Positions 40,086-52,039 of a stretch of 64,000 nucleotides of DNA are shown here, piece by piece. A program made the translations under genes and the position numbers. Source of the stretch: Epiperipatus broadwayi (lineage: Eukaryota > Animalia > Onychophora); the NCBI GenBank assembly GCA_028023455.1, contig JAQFVV010000006.1, positions 15,438,001-15,502,000 of the forward strand, in the 5' to 3' direction. Position 1 is the first letter of the stretch; every line of letters begins with the position of its first letter. Under the pieces are notes generated by a model. The model did not search any database. It saw nothing but the letters and a program-made list of their open reading frames with translations, and was not told the DNA's origin.

Positions 40086-42559
40086 GTAATTTGATTATTA
40101 TTGTCAATAATGGTTCATCTTATTAAAATTTAAATGATTATTCCAAATATATATATATATGTATATATTGAAATGCTATATGAGTATTTGAATTTGTAGT
40201 TACAACTACCTTTTAACCCCGAGAATTTATAAAAAATGGCAAAAATAGAAACATACCTTAATAATCAAAATAAGATATAAAAAATTGAAATAAAACAGCT
40301 TTTTTAAATAGCCCTCTGCAGGGATAAGAGCTTTTCCAAAAGCTTTTATAGAGGAACAATGAAAAAGAAACCATGACTAGTTAGTTTTGCCAATCATACA
40401 GGGTAGTGATAATTTGAGTTTTTCATTCCTGTTCTGCCCTCAAGCAAGAATAGCTAAATACTCATTTACTATTTAAAACTGGACAGTCAATTAGATTGCT
40501 AGCTGAAAGAAAAATTGTAATTTTGATTGGAACCTAAAAAAATTTAAAATTTTACCTGGCCTGAATTTGAACCTGCGTTGAGATATGGTAGGTAAGAGTA
40601 CTATTCTTGTCTCATAAAACCCTTAATCAATTATTTAATAAGTAAATAATCTAATTCTGCATACAGAGAATCGTATGTTAATCTTTAATATAAATTTGAG
40701 ATTAAATGCTTCTAATAATTAATCGTCTAAGCAAAATAATTTAAATGACAGTTAATTATTTTGGGTAACTTTTCCCAGGAATGATTTTCGCAAGAAAGAT
40801 CATGAAATTGAATGCTATTAAGATGTCAGACTTATAATTTCTGAGTAAGTTCTTTTAATATATAATCATATGACCTAGATGAATAGTTTTTGCTCTACAA
40901 AGTCTTCATTTATAGAAGATTGAGGTACAAGTTAATGTTTGTAGTTAGCTAGCTTATTTAACATAATTTCTTACTATATATGATGAAACAATTCTACGAA
41001 TGTTAATTATTGTATGTTTTTGATTGATTTTTTTTAACGCCAATAAGGATAAAATCTGAATTAAGCTAGTATTTTTAATATGCCAAGATTAGTTTAATCT
41101 TTAATTAAATTTAAAGTGTATATCTGGGCTATAAATGATGATAATTTCTAGTCTAATAAACGATCAGTGATCATCATTAAAGATATTTATCTTGGAAGGA
41201 GCTGGGGGATGATGCCAAAGTTGAGAATGTGGGGAGTTGAATTTTGGACAAATTGTAATAATTTGATATTGATAAATGCTGAGCAAATTTAATGAAGATA
41301 TGCAAGAGATGGGTGACTGGGCCGGGTGAAGAGTGCTGGTTCAGCATGAAATGTTATCTCGGAGGATTCATCATATAGGGGGAATTTGGAAAATTATCAG
41401 AATAAGTAATATATGTATGTTTATGAATCATATATAAAATCCGTATTTTCTCTGTTATCTGATCAGTGAATATATGTTTGTCCAATGTCACATATCAAAT
41501 TCACAAACACTACATTTATGTAAAGGAAGTAATTTTGCCATTAAATAAAAACACTGGGGAAAAATTACTGTGTGCTTTTAACTACAGAGATATACTATAT
41601 ATATATCGTGGTAAAGATTCCCAGCCATCTGCAGAAACAGCCTGTAATGCCAATTGGTAACTCAACGTTAAGGCATTCCGTGTTTTCATGGTCTATCAAT
41701 CCCCTAATATAGTTTACATGAATGACATACTCAGCAATGTTTACTAAAAAAACAAGTTTACATTAAATCTTTAAAAAAAATATTACAAAAATGACAGGCT
41801 CAAAGACCAGTGTTTTTATATTCCGACATTAATGGATGGTAACTATTAATAAAGCTATAAAACTATTACATTTGTTCATGACACTGTCGAAAAATCAAAA
41901 AAAATTAAATTTTTTATTCAAGAGCGCTTCGTAAATATATAGTTGTCAAATAAAATAGGTATATTTAAAAATATAAATTTTAATTTAGCTTCATTAAGAT
42001 TCAGAAATTTATTTATATAATATTAAAATGTTTTGTTTATATTAAATCTTAAAAAAAATTTGTTAAAGCAATCACTTGAAAAAAAGACTATGGCCATTAC
42101 AACAAGATCGAGTACACCTGATATATGTAGTAAATAAATTTACTGTTGCATTTCACAGTAACTTGCTAAAAACTTTTTTGATCCATTTTAGAAAACAAAA
42201 CAGCTTTTAATTAGCTTACTGTATGGTAAAGGCTTCTCTGAAGAGAAATAGTAGAGGAGAAGGGATTACCATGTAATTTCTGGATGATAAGAATTTAGCA
42301 ATTTTTAAACACTTTCATTGTTTGTTTATTTGGATCAAATCTTTATTACTGGATTTTTAATATACTTTTATTGAACAGAATTTGTTTAAATTTTGTACAC
42401 ATATTAAATGTTGATGGTTTTGCAATATTTCAGAATTATCCAGCTGTATTCAGCCTAGCAATATTGGTAGATCGAATTTTAAAACACATTGATATTGGCA
42501 CAGTACATTTTCAATGACAGATGGCAGTATATTTTTTAAAAACTTTTTACACTTAATTA

Positions 42560-43040
42560 AAATTAAAGAGAAAGGATTTCACCTTTTTAACATATGCGCC
42601 TTACTGATTTTTATAATAGCTCAATGATGTTCTGTTGAGTACAGAGGAAACTTTCAAACTCAAACATAAGATAGAGACTTTATAAAGATAAGAACAACCG
42701 TCTTATCTTTAACCTAAATTCTGATTTATGTAGGCCATCTGAAACACCTTGGTTTGAGAGAGTGAAAATGTTACTTTGTTAATTTTTATATCCATTATTT
42801 TCTTACATACATTAACATTTGCAAAATCTTACGATTTACTACATGTTATTATTACAAATTAGTAGAAATTATGTAACATTCAAATTTATTTATTAAGCGT
42901 CTAGATCCTATGAAATTAAAAAGAAAGGATGTTATCTTTTTAACATATGCGTCTTATTGATGTTTATAATAGCTCGACGATGCTGTGTTGAGTACAGAGG
43001 AAAAACTCAAACACAAGATAGAGCCTTGAAAATAGAAAGA
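42560..43040. repeat. ~353-bp-period direct repeat
   Basis: ~42560-42710 recurs at ~42915-43040. A related fragment lies at ~57010-57105. Confidence 0.65.
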
Positions 43041-43784
43041 CAAAGATATGAAAGATGAAATCTTAATTTCTTTTGCTTGTTAATTAAACTTGCTTTTTTT
43101 TTTAAGTGGTGCCTTTATAAACACAAAAATTTCATAAATAATTTTTAATATGCACAAATTCTATTTCAAACATTGAAAATATGACATTATTTAGATTTTT
43201 CGATTTTTAAATTTGATTATGAAGAGTTACAAAAAGTTCATTTTAATATTCAAATCCTAAAAAATAATATATATAAAAAATATTTTATAAGAAATGTTTA
43301 TATTTAGTTTGATGATTAATACGAAAAATATTTTATGAAAAAGCTTGTACTTAATTTGACGAGTAATCCAGTAAAAAACAAAAAAATAATGTTTTTCTTC
43401 AACCACAATTTTGATTGTTATGCATGGGACAGCATAAATTAATTAATTCGGTCACCATTTTTAAAATTAGTGATTGAATTAATTTAGGGATGTGTCATGC
43501 TTTTATTTCAAGTTATATATAATAATTAAACCACTAAACATCATGTGATCATCATTCACTATGCTTACACAAGCTGTTTACGCAGATGTGATGTGATGTG
43601 TTGTACTGTAGCTATTCCTTAAACGGAGTCAAGAATCTCTCAACAATTATGCCCAGAGAAACCTGTTAGCCACTTTTTTTTCTATTCCCCAGTCTAAATT
43701 TTCTGATATTCTGCTCCATCCCATTTCCACAACATAATCTTTGTCAACTCTATGGCCTTTATATCTAAATCCCCCTTATCTAAA

Positions 43785-44180
43785 TTCCGTACAGTAGCAC
43801 CACTCAGTGCAAGCCAGTGTAATCAATGGATGCAGGAAGGTTTTGTGCATAAAATTCCTATCTAGTACCTACTCGTCCAATATCCCCAGACTAGTTTCCA
43901 GCTTGTGGCTTTGATCAGATCATTAGATCCCAAGATCTAGGTACACTCATCCAATATCCCCAGATTAGTTTCTAGCTTGTGGCTTTTATCAAATCATTAG
44001 ATCCTAATATCTAGGTGCAGTGCTCCTACATCCAAGGCTCCTCATTGGAAAGTCACAAGGGAGAAACTAGTCTGAGCATATTGGATGAGTAGGCACTAGA
44101 TAGGGATTTTATGCACAAAACTTTTCTGCATCCATTGATTACTCTGACTTGCAATAAGTGGCACTACTGTATGGAAAGTT
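43785..44180. mobile_element. Family A fold-back copy with decayed hammerheads
   Basis: Homologous to 2985-3330. Two tandem minus-strand motifs (43883-43918 CTGATCA; 43957-43992 TTGATAA). Confidence 0.7.
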
Positions 44181-44699
44181 TAGCTTCCATATATATAATA
44201 ATGAAAATTGTGATTGAAAATATATATATTGGTTTTTAGAGCATTATTCCTCAAATTAAATCAAAGCATTTTTTATAAAATATTTATATATATATTATTC
44301 CTCCTTTTTCCAATCACTAGCTAAAAGTGGACAATAACTTATTTTTTTATTTAGCATATGATTTTTTTTATTTTTATACAGCCTAACTATTAACAAAATA
44401 TCATTAAGGAACTTATAGAGATTCCAACCAAAAGGTAAAATTAGTAATGGTTTTATTATGTTCCTCACTTCTACTGTAGCTATAGATTTGACAGTCATTA
44501 AGTATATAGTTCATGGTTGTGTCTATTTATATTTATGCACTATTTTCCAATGAAAAAGTGACTGGTTTATAAATCTGTCTTTATACTACCTGAGATAACA
44601 TCTCCTAATCAATGCACATGTTATGCAGTGATATGGTTTAGTTATTCACCCCAAAAACTTTAAGTTGCTAGCATGTCTGAATCACAAGTTATTGCATGA

Positions 44700-45060
44700 A
44701 GTATAACCATGTTTCATATCTTAATCCACAACGGAACCTTGCACTAACATTAAATTTTGTTTTAAATTAGGCATACCTGCTACTGAAACATTTAAAATGA
44801 TTCAAATTGTGTACGACAGTGAAGACGAATCACGACTGTTTTCAAGTGGTTTGCAAGTTTTTGCGATAGCAAGAAGTGCATTGAAGAGATCTTATAGTAT
44901 GAAACACACTTTAAATTTCATGCTATAACTTTCAATCCAGACACGTTAGCACCTTAAATTTTTTTCTGTGGTAAATAACTAAACAATATTGGTATGTGAC
45001 GAGTGTTGATTAAGAGATAGCGCTACAGACAACTTGAAAAGAGAATTGGTTACCTTTTCA
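44700..45060 (+). pseudogene. Internally deleted mariner transposase remnant
   Basis: NIKFCFKLGIPATETFKMIQIVY from 44746, then VFKWFASF after a frameshift. PDLAP.DFF-like decay at ~44935-44970. Confidence 0.6.
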
Positions 45061-45822
45061 ATGGAGCAAATAAGTGAAGTTAAGAAAAAGGCTCCAAAAT
45101 ACCTTACTGTACAACTGAGAACTTGAGACTATCAAAGTTTACATTGATCATATATGTTATATACTTCTCCCAATTTCAGTTAAATTCATTCTTATAGTTT
45201 TATGTATTAATATAGTCCAGATGAAAATATTTTGTCTCAATTTTACATACTAGTTTGAAAATTTAGAATTTGAAGTAAAAAATGATGTCAGCTGGATTAT
45301 ATAATATTCTGTATGGAAAGATTTTTCATTTATTATTTTTTGTAATGATATTTGTCTTAGCACTTTGTTAACAGGAAACATATTTTAACTTTATGCAAGA
45401 GAAAGTCCTCTTACATGAGCTTTCAGTATATATCAGCGAATTCAATATTTTATAAATCTACAAATATTTTGATCATTATAACTGCTCTGACTGGTACAAG
45501 AAGTAGTTTTAAAAATTTTTAATGGCCAGGAATGCCTTTCAAAATCAATCTTAGGACAATAGTATGAAAAAAAAGAAGTAAATTTATTGCCAAATTAAAG
45601 TAAGATGGTGTATAACGCATATTTTCCATTGACTTATTAGGAAAATAACCAAAATATGACCATTTCAATTTAATTTTGTGGAAAAAAGTCGTCAATTTTT
45701 AATTGTTTTTTTTTTTTACTAATTCTTTTTCTATAAATCAGAAATATTTTTATCTGTGTTATGAGTTATAAAAGTTAAATGTATTATAACTTATGTTATT
45801 GTGTCATTATTTTGTTTTTCAG

Positions 45823-45897
45823 ATATGAATCTCAAAGTGAAGTTGAACCTTCTATTGAAAACGATATGGTGAACAAATTAGTTAAATCACTAACAAA
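45823..45897 (+). CDS. SETD1: SETD1 exon (phase 2/2)
   Basis: TTTTTCAG acceptor and GTAAGT donor; YESQSEVEPSIENDMVNKLVKSLTK. Confidence 0.8.
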
Positions 45898-46259
45898 GTA
45901 AGTTTAAAGTAAAATTATATTTAAATATATAATTATAAATTTACTTTGTAGTGCATGTAGATAAAACAGCCTTTTAATAACTCATTGAAGGGTAATGGCT
46001 TCTCTAATAACCCCTGATAGAGGAACAGTGGTGGGGAGAGCATTACTCAGCAGATTTGAAGGTTTGAACTAGATAACCATTAGCTGACCCATTTTGGTAT
46101 GATTAGGTTGTTTGGCAATGAATCGTCTACGTGAAGTTAAAAACCTAATCTTGAGAAAAGCTGAAAAAAAAATTCAGATTTCTTTGATTGGAATCAAATT
46201 TTATATTTATTTTATCCAATTTTATATATAACATTACAATATTAGTCAAAAAGAAGCTA

Positions 46260-46545
46260 AATAGCCTTCCCATCATTCACTTCAAAACCCAGCTTCCTTT
46301 AACTTCAAAGGATTTCTTCATGAGATTGATAGCCTCACATTCAAAATATTTTATCATCAAAGTTTCAATTCACTTTTTTCATAAAAGATAAAATAAAAAA
46401 TAATGAATAAAGTGAATTGAAAAGAAGAGTAAAAGAAATTTTGATGATACAATTTTTTGAATCTGAAGCCATCAATCTCATGAAGATATTCTTTGATGTT
46501 AAAGGAAGTTGGGTTTTGAAGTGAATGATGGGAAGGCTATTTTGT
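46260..46545. repeat. Imperfect inverted repeat
   Basis: ~46260-46380 (ATAGCCTTCCCATCATTCACTTCAAAACCC..) versus ~46410-46545 (..GGGTTTTGAAGTGAATGATGGGAAGGCTAT). Confidence 0.7.
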
Positions 46546-46951
46546 TTATATATATAGGTGGGATGCTTAATTGAATTTCACTTGAAAAGGTCTGCTAGTA
46601 TATGAATTTTTATTTTTTTAATTATTTGTATAGCTTTAGGCAGTATTTAATTTTATGTATGTATTTTATTGACGACCATAATTTTTAAAGTTTTTGTTGT
46701 TGTTATCTTTTAAATACATATATATATTATTCTACAATTTTAGCAAGCTTATAAATGAATTATAGCATTATCAAATATATAATGCTGTTAATATAAATAT
46801 ATTCACTGAATAACCAAGTCTGAAGTCGATACTATGATATTCACATGCCAGATTCCTAAATAATCATTTTAATGAACTTGCTAATAACATTCTTTTTTTT
46901 ATTATCTGACAAATAGATTGGCATTAATATAAGAAACTAGCATTATTTATT

Positions 46952-47197
46952 AAGTAATTTACCTGCGCTTTACTCAAAAAAGTGAAGCTTGCAAAGTATT
47001 ATTAAAAGTTATATGGCTAAGTGCTTTGGTCGTTATGAAAGAAAATTTGAATAAATTTTGCATAAATCACCGCTAAACTTCAATTAATGTAGGCTATGAA
47101 TATGGAGACTTAAGTTCTCTGAAAGCGCTTAGCCATATAACTTTTAATAATACTTTGAAAGCTTCACTTTTTTGCGTAAAGCGCAGGTAAATTACTT
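46952..47197. mobile_element. Fold-back element with an A3:U8 hammerhead-like motif
   Basis: Arms 46952-47027 and 47120-47197 are inverted. A related fragment lies at ~58225-58300. Confidence 0.65.
47092..47134 (+). ncRNA. Hammerhead-like motif, A3:U8 core
   Basis: GGCT ATGAATA T GGAGA-cttaagt-TCTCT GAAA GCGC TT AGCC; stem III is the palindrome AGCGCT. Confidence 0.55.
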
Positions 47198-48007
47198 ACT
47201 ACTCAAAGGTGAAGTATAAAACTAGTATTTTATTTTATTATTTATTAAGTTTATTTTAAATGATTCTTTACGAATTAGGCTTCCCCTCTTTTCTTCCAAT
47301 GCGTAAGCTTGTGGTTAAGACCTGTAGAAGTTCCTACCTTTGCATTTTCAGCCGCACATGCTTTAGGTTTATTGCCTTAGTAAATATTAATTATGAATTA
47401 TCATACTAGCCCACATTATTTTAATATTTTGTGGATCGAAATCATGTCCTGATTTCTCTTCGTGCTCCAGAAACACTGACTTCACATTGGGATCTTTTTT
47501 TGTGCAAGAATACATATAATGATGCTGCATCAGCTTAGCGGTGCTGTTAGGCATGATTCCCTATAGGAGATTTCCTTGCAATTAGGCTCAAAGCAACTGA
47601 ATTGTAGTTTTTTAATTATTAATTATTAAAATTGTATATAAATATTAGAAACTTTATTTTATAAGTAGGTAGTCATTTATGTTTACACAACTTGAAAACT
47701 CATATTTCAGAATTTTAAATTGAAATATCTGTATATTTTGTTTTTCATTTTTATAGATTGTTAACAAAAATATTACTTAAAATTTAAACCTAGTCCTGGA
47801 ACATATAAATCTGAATACATTACTAAAATAATTCATAAGCAAAAGTTTCTAAAAATCAAAATTATTTATGCGCTTATTAAAATCACTAGAATTACGTGAA
47901 ATTTAAATAATAACTGATAAAAGAATTTATTTAATAATTCATTATTTATGAATATAATTTATTATTATTTTTTTAATGTGTTTTAATATATTGTTTTAAT
48001 TTAACAG

Positions 48008-49008
48008 GAACATTGAAGCTATAATTGAAACAGAAATAAAAGAAGTCACAGAAAATGAAGTTGAATGTATTAAAAAATTACCAGATCTTGCAGCGGAATC
48101 GGAATTAAACAGTATTTTGCAACCTTCATCTCCATCTCTTGTACTTGAAACAAGTACAACAACATCTGTGATAGAACCTCGTCCTTCAACCCATGAGAAA
48201 GTTTCCTCATCAATGTCTGCGGAAGAGCAGGCCGCTGCCATTGAAAGAGAAAATCAGCTTCAATTTAAAGCGGCTCTTGATCTTCTTTTAGAAGCGTCAC
48301 AAAGAATGGAGCAAGCGGAGATTTCAGAAACTCCAAAAACATCCGAAGCCAAATCTCTGACTGTTCTAACAGAACTTTTGACTCGACCACCAGAGCCTTT
48401 AAATTCAAGTCTTTCTCCTCAGCAGCAGTTACAAATTAATGGTGAAGTTCCAAACCATATCAAATCTGAAAGTCCAGATGACCATTTGTTAGAAATTAAA
48501 GACAAAAGTTGTCAGAAAGTCCTTGATGAACTTTCCAAACCCTCCCATGAAATTAATGGAACTGTGGCCAAAGAGGAAATTGAACCTGTAGCAATGCAAT
48601 TTTATTATGAACATAGCTATTGTATACCTCTTCGGAAAATAAAAACTGACATTGAGAGTGAAGTTGATCACGATAACAAAACTCCAACAGAGTTGATCAG
48701 TCTTCTCAAAAAACCCCGTGAAAGTAGCAATTTGGATTCTATTATTGACTCTGTTGCAAAAGGCAGCATATTGGACCATGAATACACTCGGCCTTTTATC
48801 TCACCTACTAAGTCTAGATTGCGTGCAAAACCCCGATATACATCAATTCCAAGAAGTAATCTTGAGGAAATGAAAATATTATACGAGTTCCTTAATACTG
48901 GTATTGATGAAGAGGATATTGATTATCTAAAGCGAAGTTATGATAATATTCTTCAAGATGAAAACCAGCCAGAGTGGGTTAACTACAGCCATTGGGTTTA
49001 TCATACTT
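48008..49008 (+). CDS. SETD1: SETD1 large exon including the start of N-SET (phase 2/1)
   Basis: Acceptor at 48006-48007. Open frame through RSNLEEMKILYEFLNTGIDEEDIDYLKRSYDNILQDENQPEWVNYSHWVYHT. Ends at the U12 donor ATATCCTTT. Confidence 0.9.
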
Positions 49009-49439
49009 ATATCCTTTTGTTGGCATTTTTTTTTCCTTCAATTTAATGATTATATTTTTTGTTTGTTTTATTTATATATATTTTTTCTATGAATTAGTTT
49101 TTATATCTTCTTTACATCTTTTGATCAGAGAATTAGTATAATTGTAATACATTAAGGCCTATTATAAACTGTATGCATGTACGTTTCTTGGTAAGTAGGG
49201 GTGTGTATATATTGGGTATATAAAGAAAATTTACATGCTACTTTTAAAAATTATTACAGGCATGACTTACAACTTTTACTCTATACAGATATTTTACTAA
49301 TATTAGAGAGCAACATTATTGTTTATTTATACGGTCTATATTGCAATGACCTGCCCAAAATTGCGCGAATTAGAGGAATTATTTGCTTGGCAGTTTATGA
49401 AAGTTCAATGGGGCCCTTGTGGTAATTAAAAAAAAAAGT

Positions 49440-49560
49440 TTCTGAGATATAGTTTAGGGCAGTGGGAAAATTTTCAGAATTTGGAGAGTAAGGCCCTCGG
49501 ATCGATTCCCGTTTTGGTACTTGACTTTCTTACGAACTTTTGAGCAGTCATTCAATTATT
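49440..49560 (+). mobile_element. Degenerate tRNA-derived SINE
   Basis: B-box-like GGATCGATTCC and tail CTTTCTTACGAACTT shared with ~2468 and ~3395. Confidence 0.4.
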
Positions 49561-49669
49561 TATTTTTATTACTTATTAGAAGCATCAGTTATTGTACGTA
49601 TGTATATAATATTCAAAATTAACCCAAATCCAAAACTCAACCAGACTAGCCAAGAAAATAAAATATAAA

Positions 49670-49713
49670 ACACTACCGATGGTTTCACTGCTGCATGCTG
49701 ACTTCTCAAGTGC
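49670..49713 (-). ncRNA. Hammerhead-like motif, U3:A8 core (left arm)
   Basis: GCAC TTGAGAA GTCAGC-atgca-GCAGT GAAA CC-atc-GG TA GTGT; stem II has a mismatch. Confidence 0.45.
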
Positions 49714-50115
49714 AAAGAACTACAAAATAGCAGCATATTTATACTAAACATTACCCACAATTTCATTTACTTCCCATCCACCTTTAATATTAAAAGAACT
49801 TTTATGGACATACAAAGCAGAACTAAGATATTTATTTCTAACCCTGCTTTAGAGTTAGAAATAAATATCTTAGTTCTGCTTTGTATGTCCATGCAAAAGA
49901 TACAGGCCACACTATTAATTTTGATGAAGCTAAGGTTGTCTTCTTTGAGAGAAATGAAATGAAAAGAAAAATTAAAGATTCTTTATTATTAAAATTTTAT
50001 GAATTCTGAAGCAATTAATTTATTTAAAAATTCTTTTAATATTAAGGGTGAATAGGAAGTAAATGGAATCGTGGGTAATGTTTAGTACAAATATGTTGCT
50101 ATTTTGTAGTTGTTT

Positions 50116-50159
50116 ACATTTGAGAAGTCTGCTTGTAGCAGTGAAATCACTGGTAGTGT
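50116..50159 (+). ncRNA. Hammerhead-like motif, U3:A8 core (right arm)
   Basis: ACAT TTGAGAA GT CTGC-ttgta-GCAG T GAAA TC-act-GG TA GTGT; GUA triplet. Confidence 0.5.
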
Positions 50160-50501
50160 TTTATATTTTATTTTCTTGGCTAGTCTGGTTGAGTTTTGAA
50201 TTTGGAGTAATTTTGATTATTTATGCGTTTAATGTATATAATATTTACAAAATAGATCATATATTTTTAAAAAATCACATATTTGTTTAAAAATAATTTC
50301 TCAATATATAATGGTTTGGTGTTCATAGATTGATTGGTACAATAATTATAATAATGCGTACACATTAAAGTTGAATTTGATTCTTCTCACTTTCCTGATT
50401 GCAAAACAGTCATTTTATAGTTTCTTTCATAATCTACAAAGCACATATGCTGCGCAAGTTGCAGAAGCTATACGCCTGAAAAATATTAATCATTCAGTTA
50501 A

Positions 50502-50542
50502 GGCTGAACGCTTTCGAGGTTCCATGCCTCATAATCATAGCC
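50502..50542 (-). ncRNA. Hammerhead-like motif, A3:U8 core
   Basis: GGCT ATGATTA T GAGG-catggaa-CCTC GAAA GCGT TC AGCC. Confidence 0.55.
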
Positions 50543-51564
50543 ATATTGAAAACTGCGGTATTGTTTGCATTAGACTTAATACATGCAAATTAAATGCAAA
50601 TGAGTTATTCTTCATCAGATTGTTTCTCGTATGTGATTTTATAATTTTTAAATAGCCAAACAATTGTTTGGTTGATGCAATGAGCATAGGAATTGTTGAT
50701 AATAATAATACGACAGATATCGCTACTGAAAAATTTCAATCCACGAATAACATAACGTACCGGACTTTTTATTGTTGACAGATTTCAAATTGCTTTTCAG
50801 AAATGCTATTGGAAAACTATGTAACAAGTTGATTGTATATTCTCCCAGAGGGCTCCATGCTGCAGAGTTTCATATTCCTATTTAAGCCATTATTACAGAA
50901 ATAATTATAAAAAAGAATCAGTTTAAGATAGGAATATTATTTTATTAATGTAAATCGCACTTTTAGCCTTTCTAATAAAATAATCATACGGCTTTATTGC
51001 TTGAAAGTTAATAAGGGTGAGCGACAGAAACGCCAGAATTGAAATCTATCTAAAGGATCCTTGAGAACTGCACCAGACCACATGGTGCAGTTTTCTAATT
51101 CTAATAGTTTATAGACAAGTAAATCGATATTCATATTTTGATAGCAAGCCCAAGAGTTTTCTGAGGACTTCTGTTTGTTGTACACAAATAACTTAAGTTC
51201 ATTGAGCACCTATCCTTAAATACGTAGCTTTCTCGTTGTTAATGACTTTTTCAATTTTGTGAACTTTTCAAGTAAAATTATTGTTCTCCTACATAAGCTT
51301 TTTTTTTTTTTTTTAAATATCTGACATTTAATATTTCTTCAGCCTTGACTAAAAAAAAAAAGTAATATAAAATGAACTGATTATATAACTTCTATAGTTA
51401 CATGCAAAAATGGGTTTTATGTCTGTTTTTACAGAGATTTAAATTCAGCGAATATTTATCTGTTTTTATAATACATTATTTACTTTAATTAACTAAGAAG
51501 AAATTTAAAATTTTGATTATTAGTTTACTAAATATACATGTTGCGTAATAAAAAAGATATACAC

Positions 51565-51875
51565 AGAGGCTAAACTCTATACAGTAACACTATTCAGTGC
51601 AAGCCAGAGTAATCAGTGTAAGCAAGAAGGTTTGTACATAAAAATCCCCATTGAGTGCCTACTCATCCAATATCCCCAGATTAGTTTCTAGCTTGTGGCT
51701 ATTATCAGTGAGGAACCTTGGATCTAAGAGCACTGCACCAAGATCTTAGGATGAGTAGGCACTAGATGAGGATTTTATGTATAAACCTTCTTGCGTTTAT
51801 TTATTACTTTGGCTTGCACTGAGTGACGCTACTGTATATAAAGTTTAGCCTCTGTGTAAACAGCTTGTGTAAGCA
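51565..51875. mobile_element. Family A fold-back copy
   Basis: Homologous to 2985-3330. Minus-strand motif 51673-51714: TCCTCA CTGATAA TAGC-cacaa-GCTA GAAA CTAA TC TGGGGA. Confidence 0.7.
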
Positions 51876-52039
51876 TAAAGACTGGTGATCATGTGAAAAA
51901 AAGATATACATATTTCTCTCATCCCATTCTTTTAAGTCTTATAATACGCAGTAGAGAATTATTTTCCCATGGTCTATTTAAGATAGGTATCATGCAAATG
52001 ATAGATTAGATGGCACTATCTATCAAATCTAATGAACTA

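Larger units (their letters stand above)
49575..50235 (+). mobile_element. 5'-truncated Penelope-like element with inverted pLTR
   Basis: 49854-50009 encodes VRNKYLSSALYVHAKDTGHTINFDEAKVVFFERNEMKRKIKDSLLLKF (PLE endonuclease C-terminus). Arms ~49575-49800 and ~50030-50235 are inverted. Confidence 0.8.

Noticed and set aside
49009-49046. C-terminus ILLLAFFFPSI of track ORF 48117-49046
   Set aside because: Read-through into the AT-AC intron. Set1 homology stops at HWVYHT and resumes at 56049.
49569-50290. Two similar ORFs on opposite strands (49569-49766, 50063-50290)
   Set aside because: Artefact of the inverted pLTR arms, not a duplicated gene.
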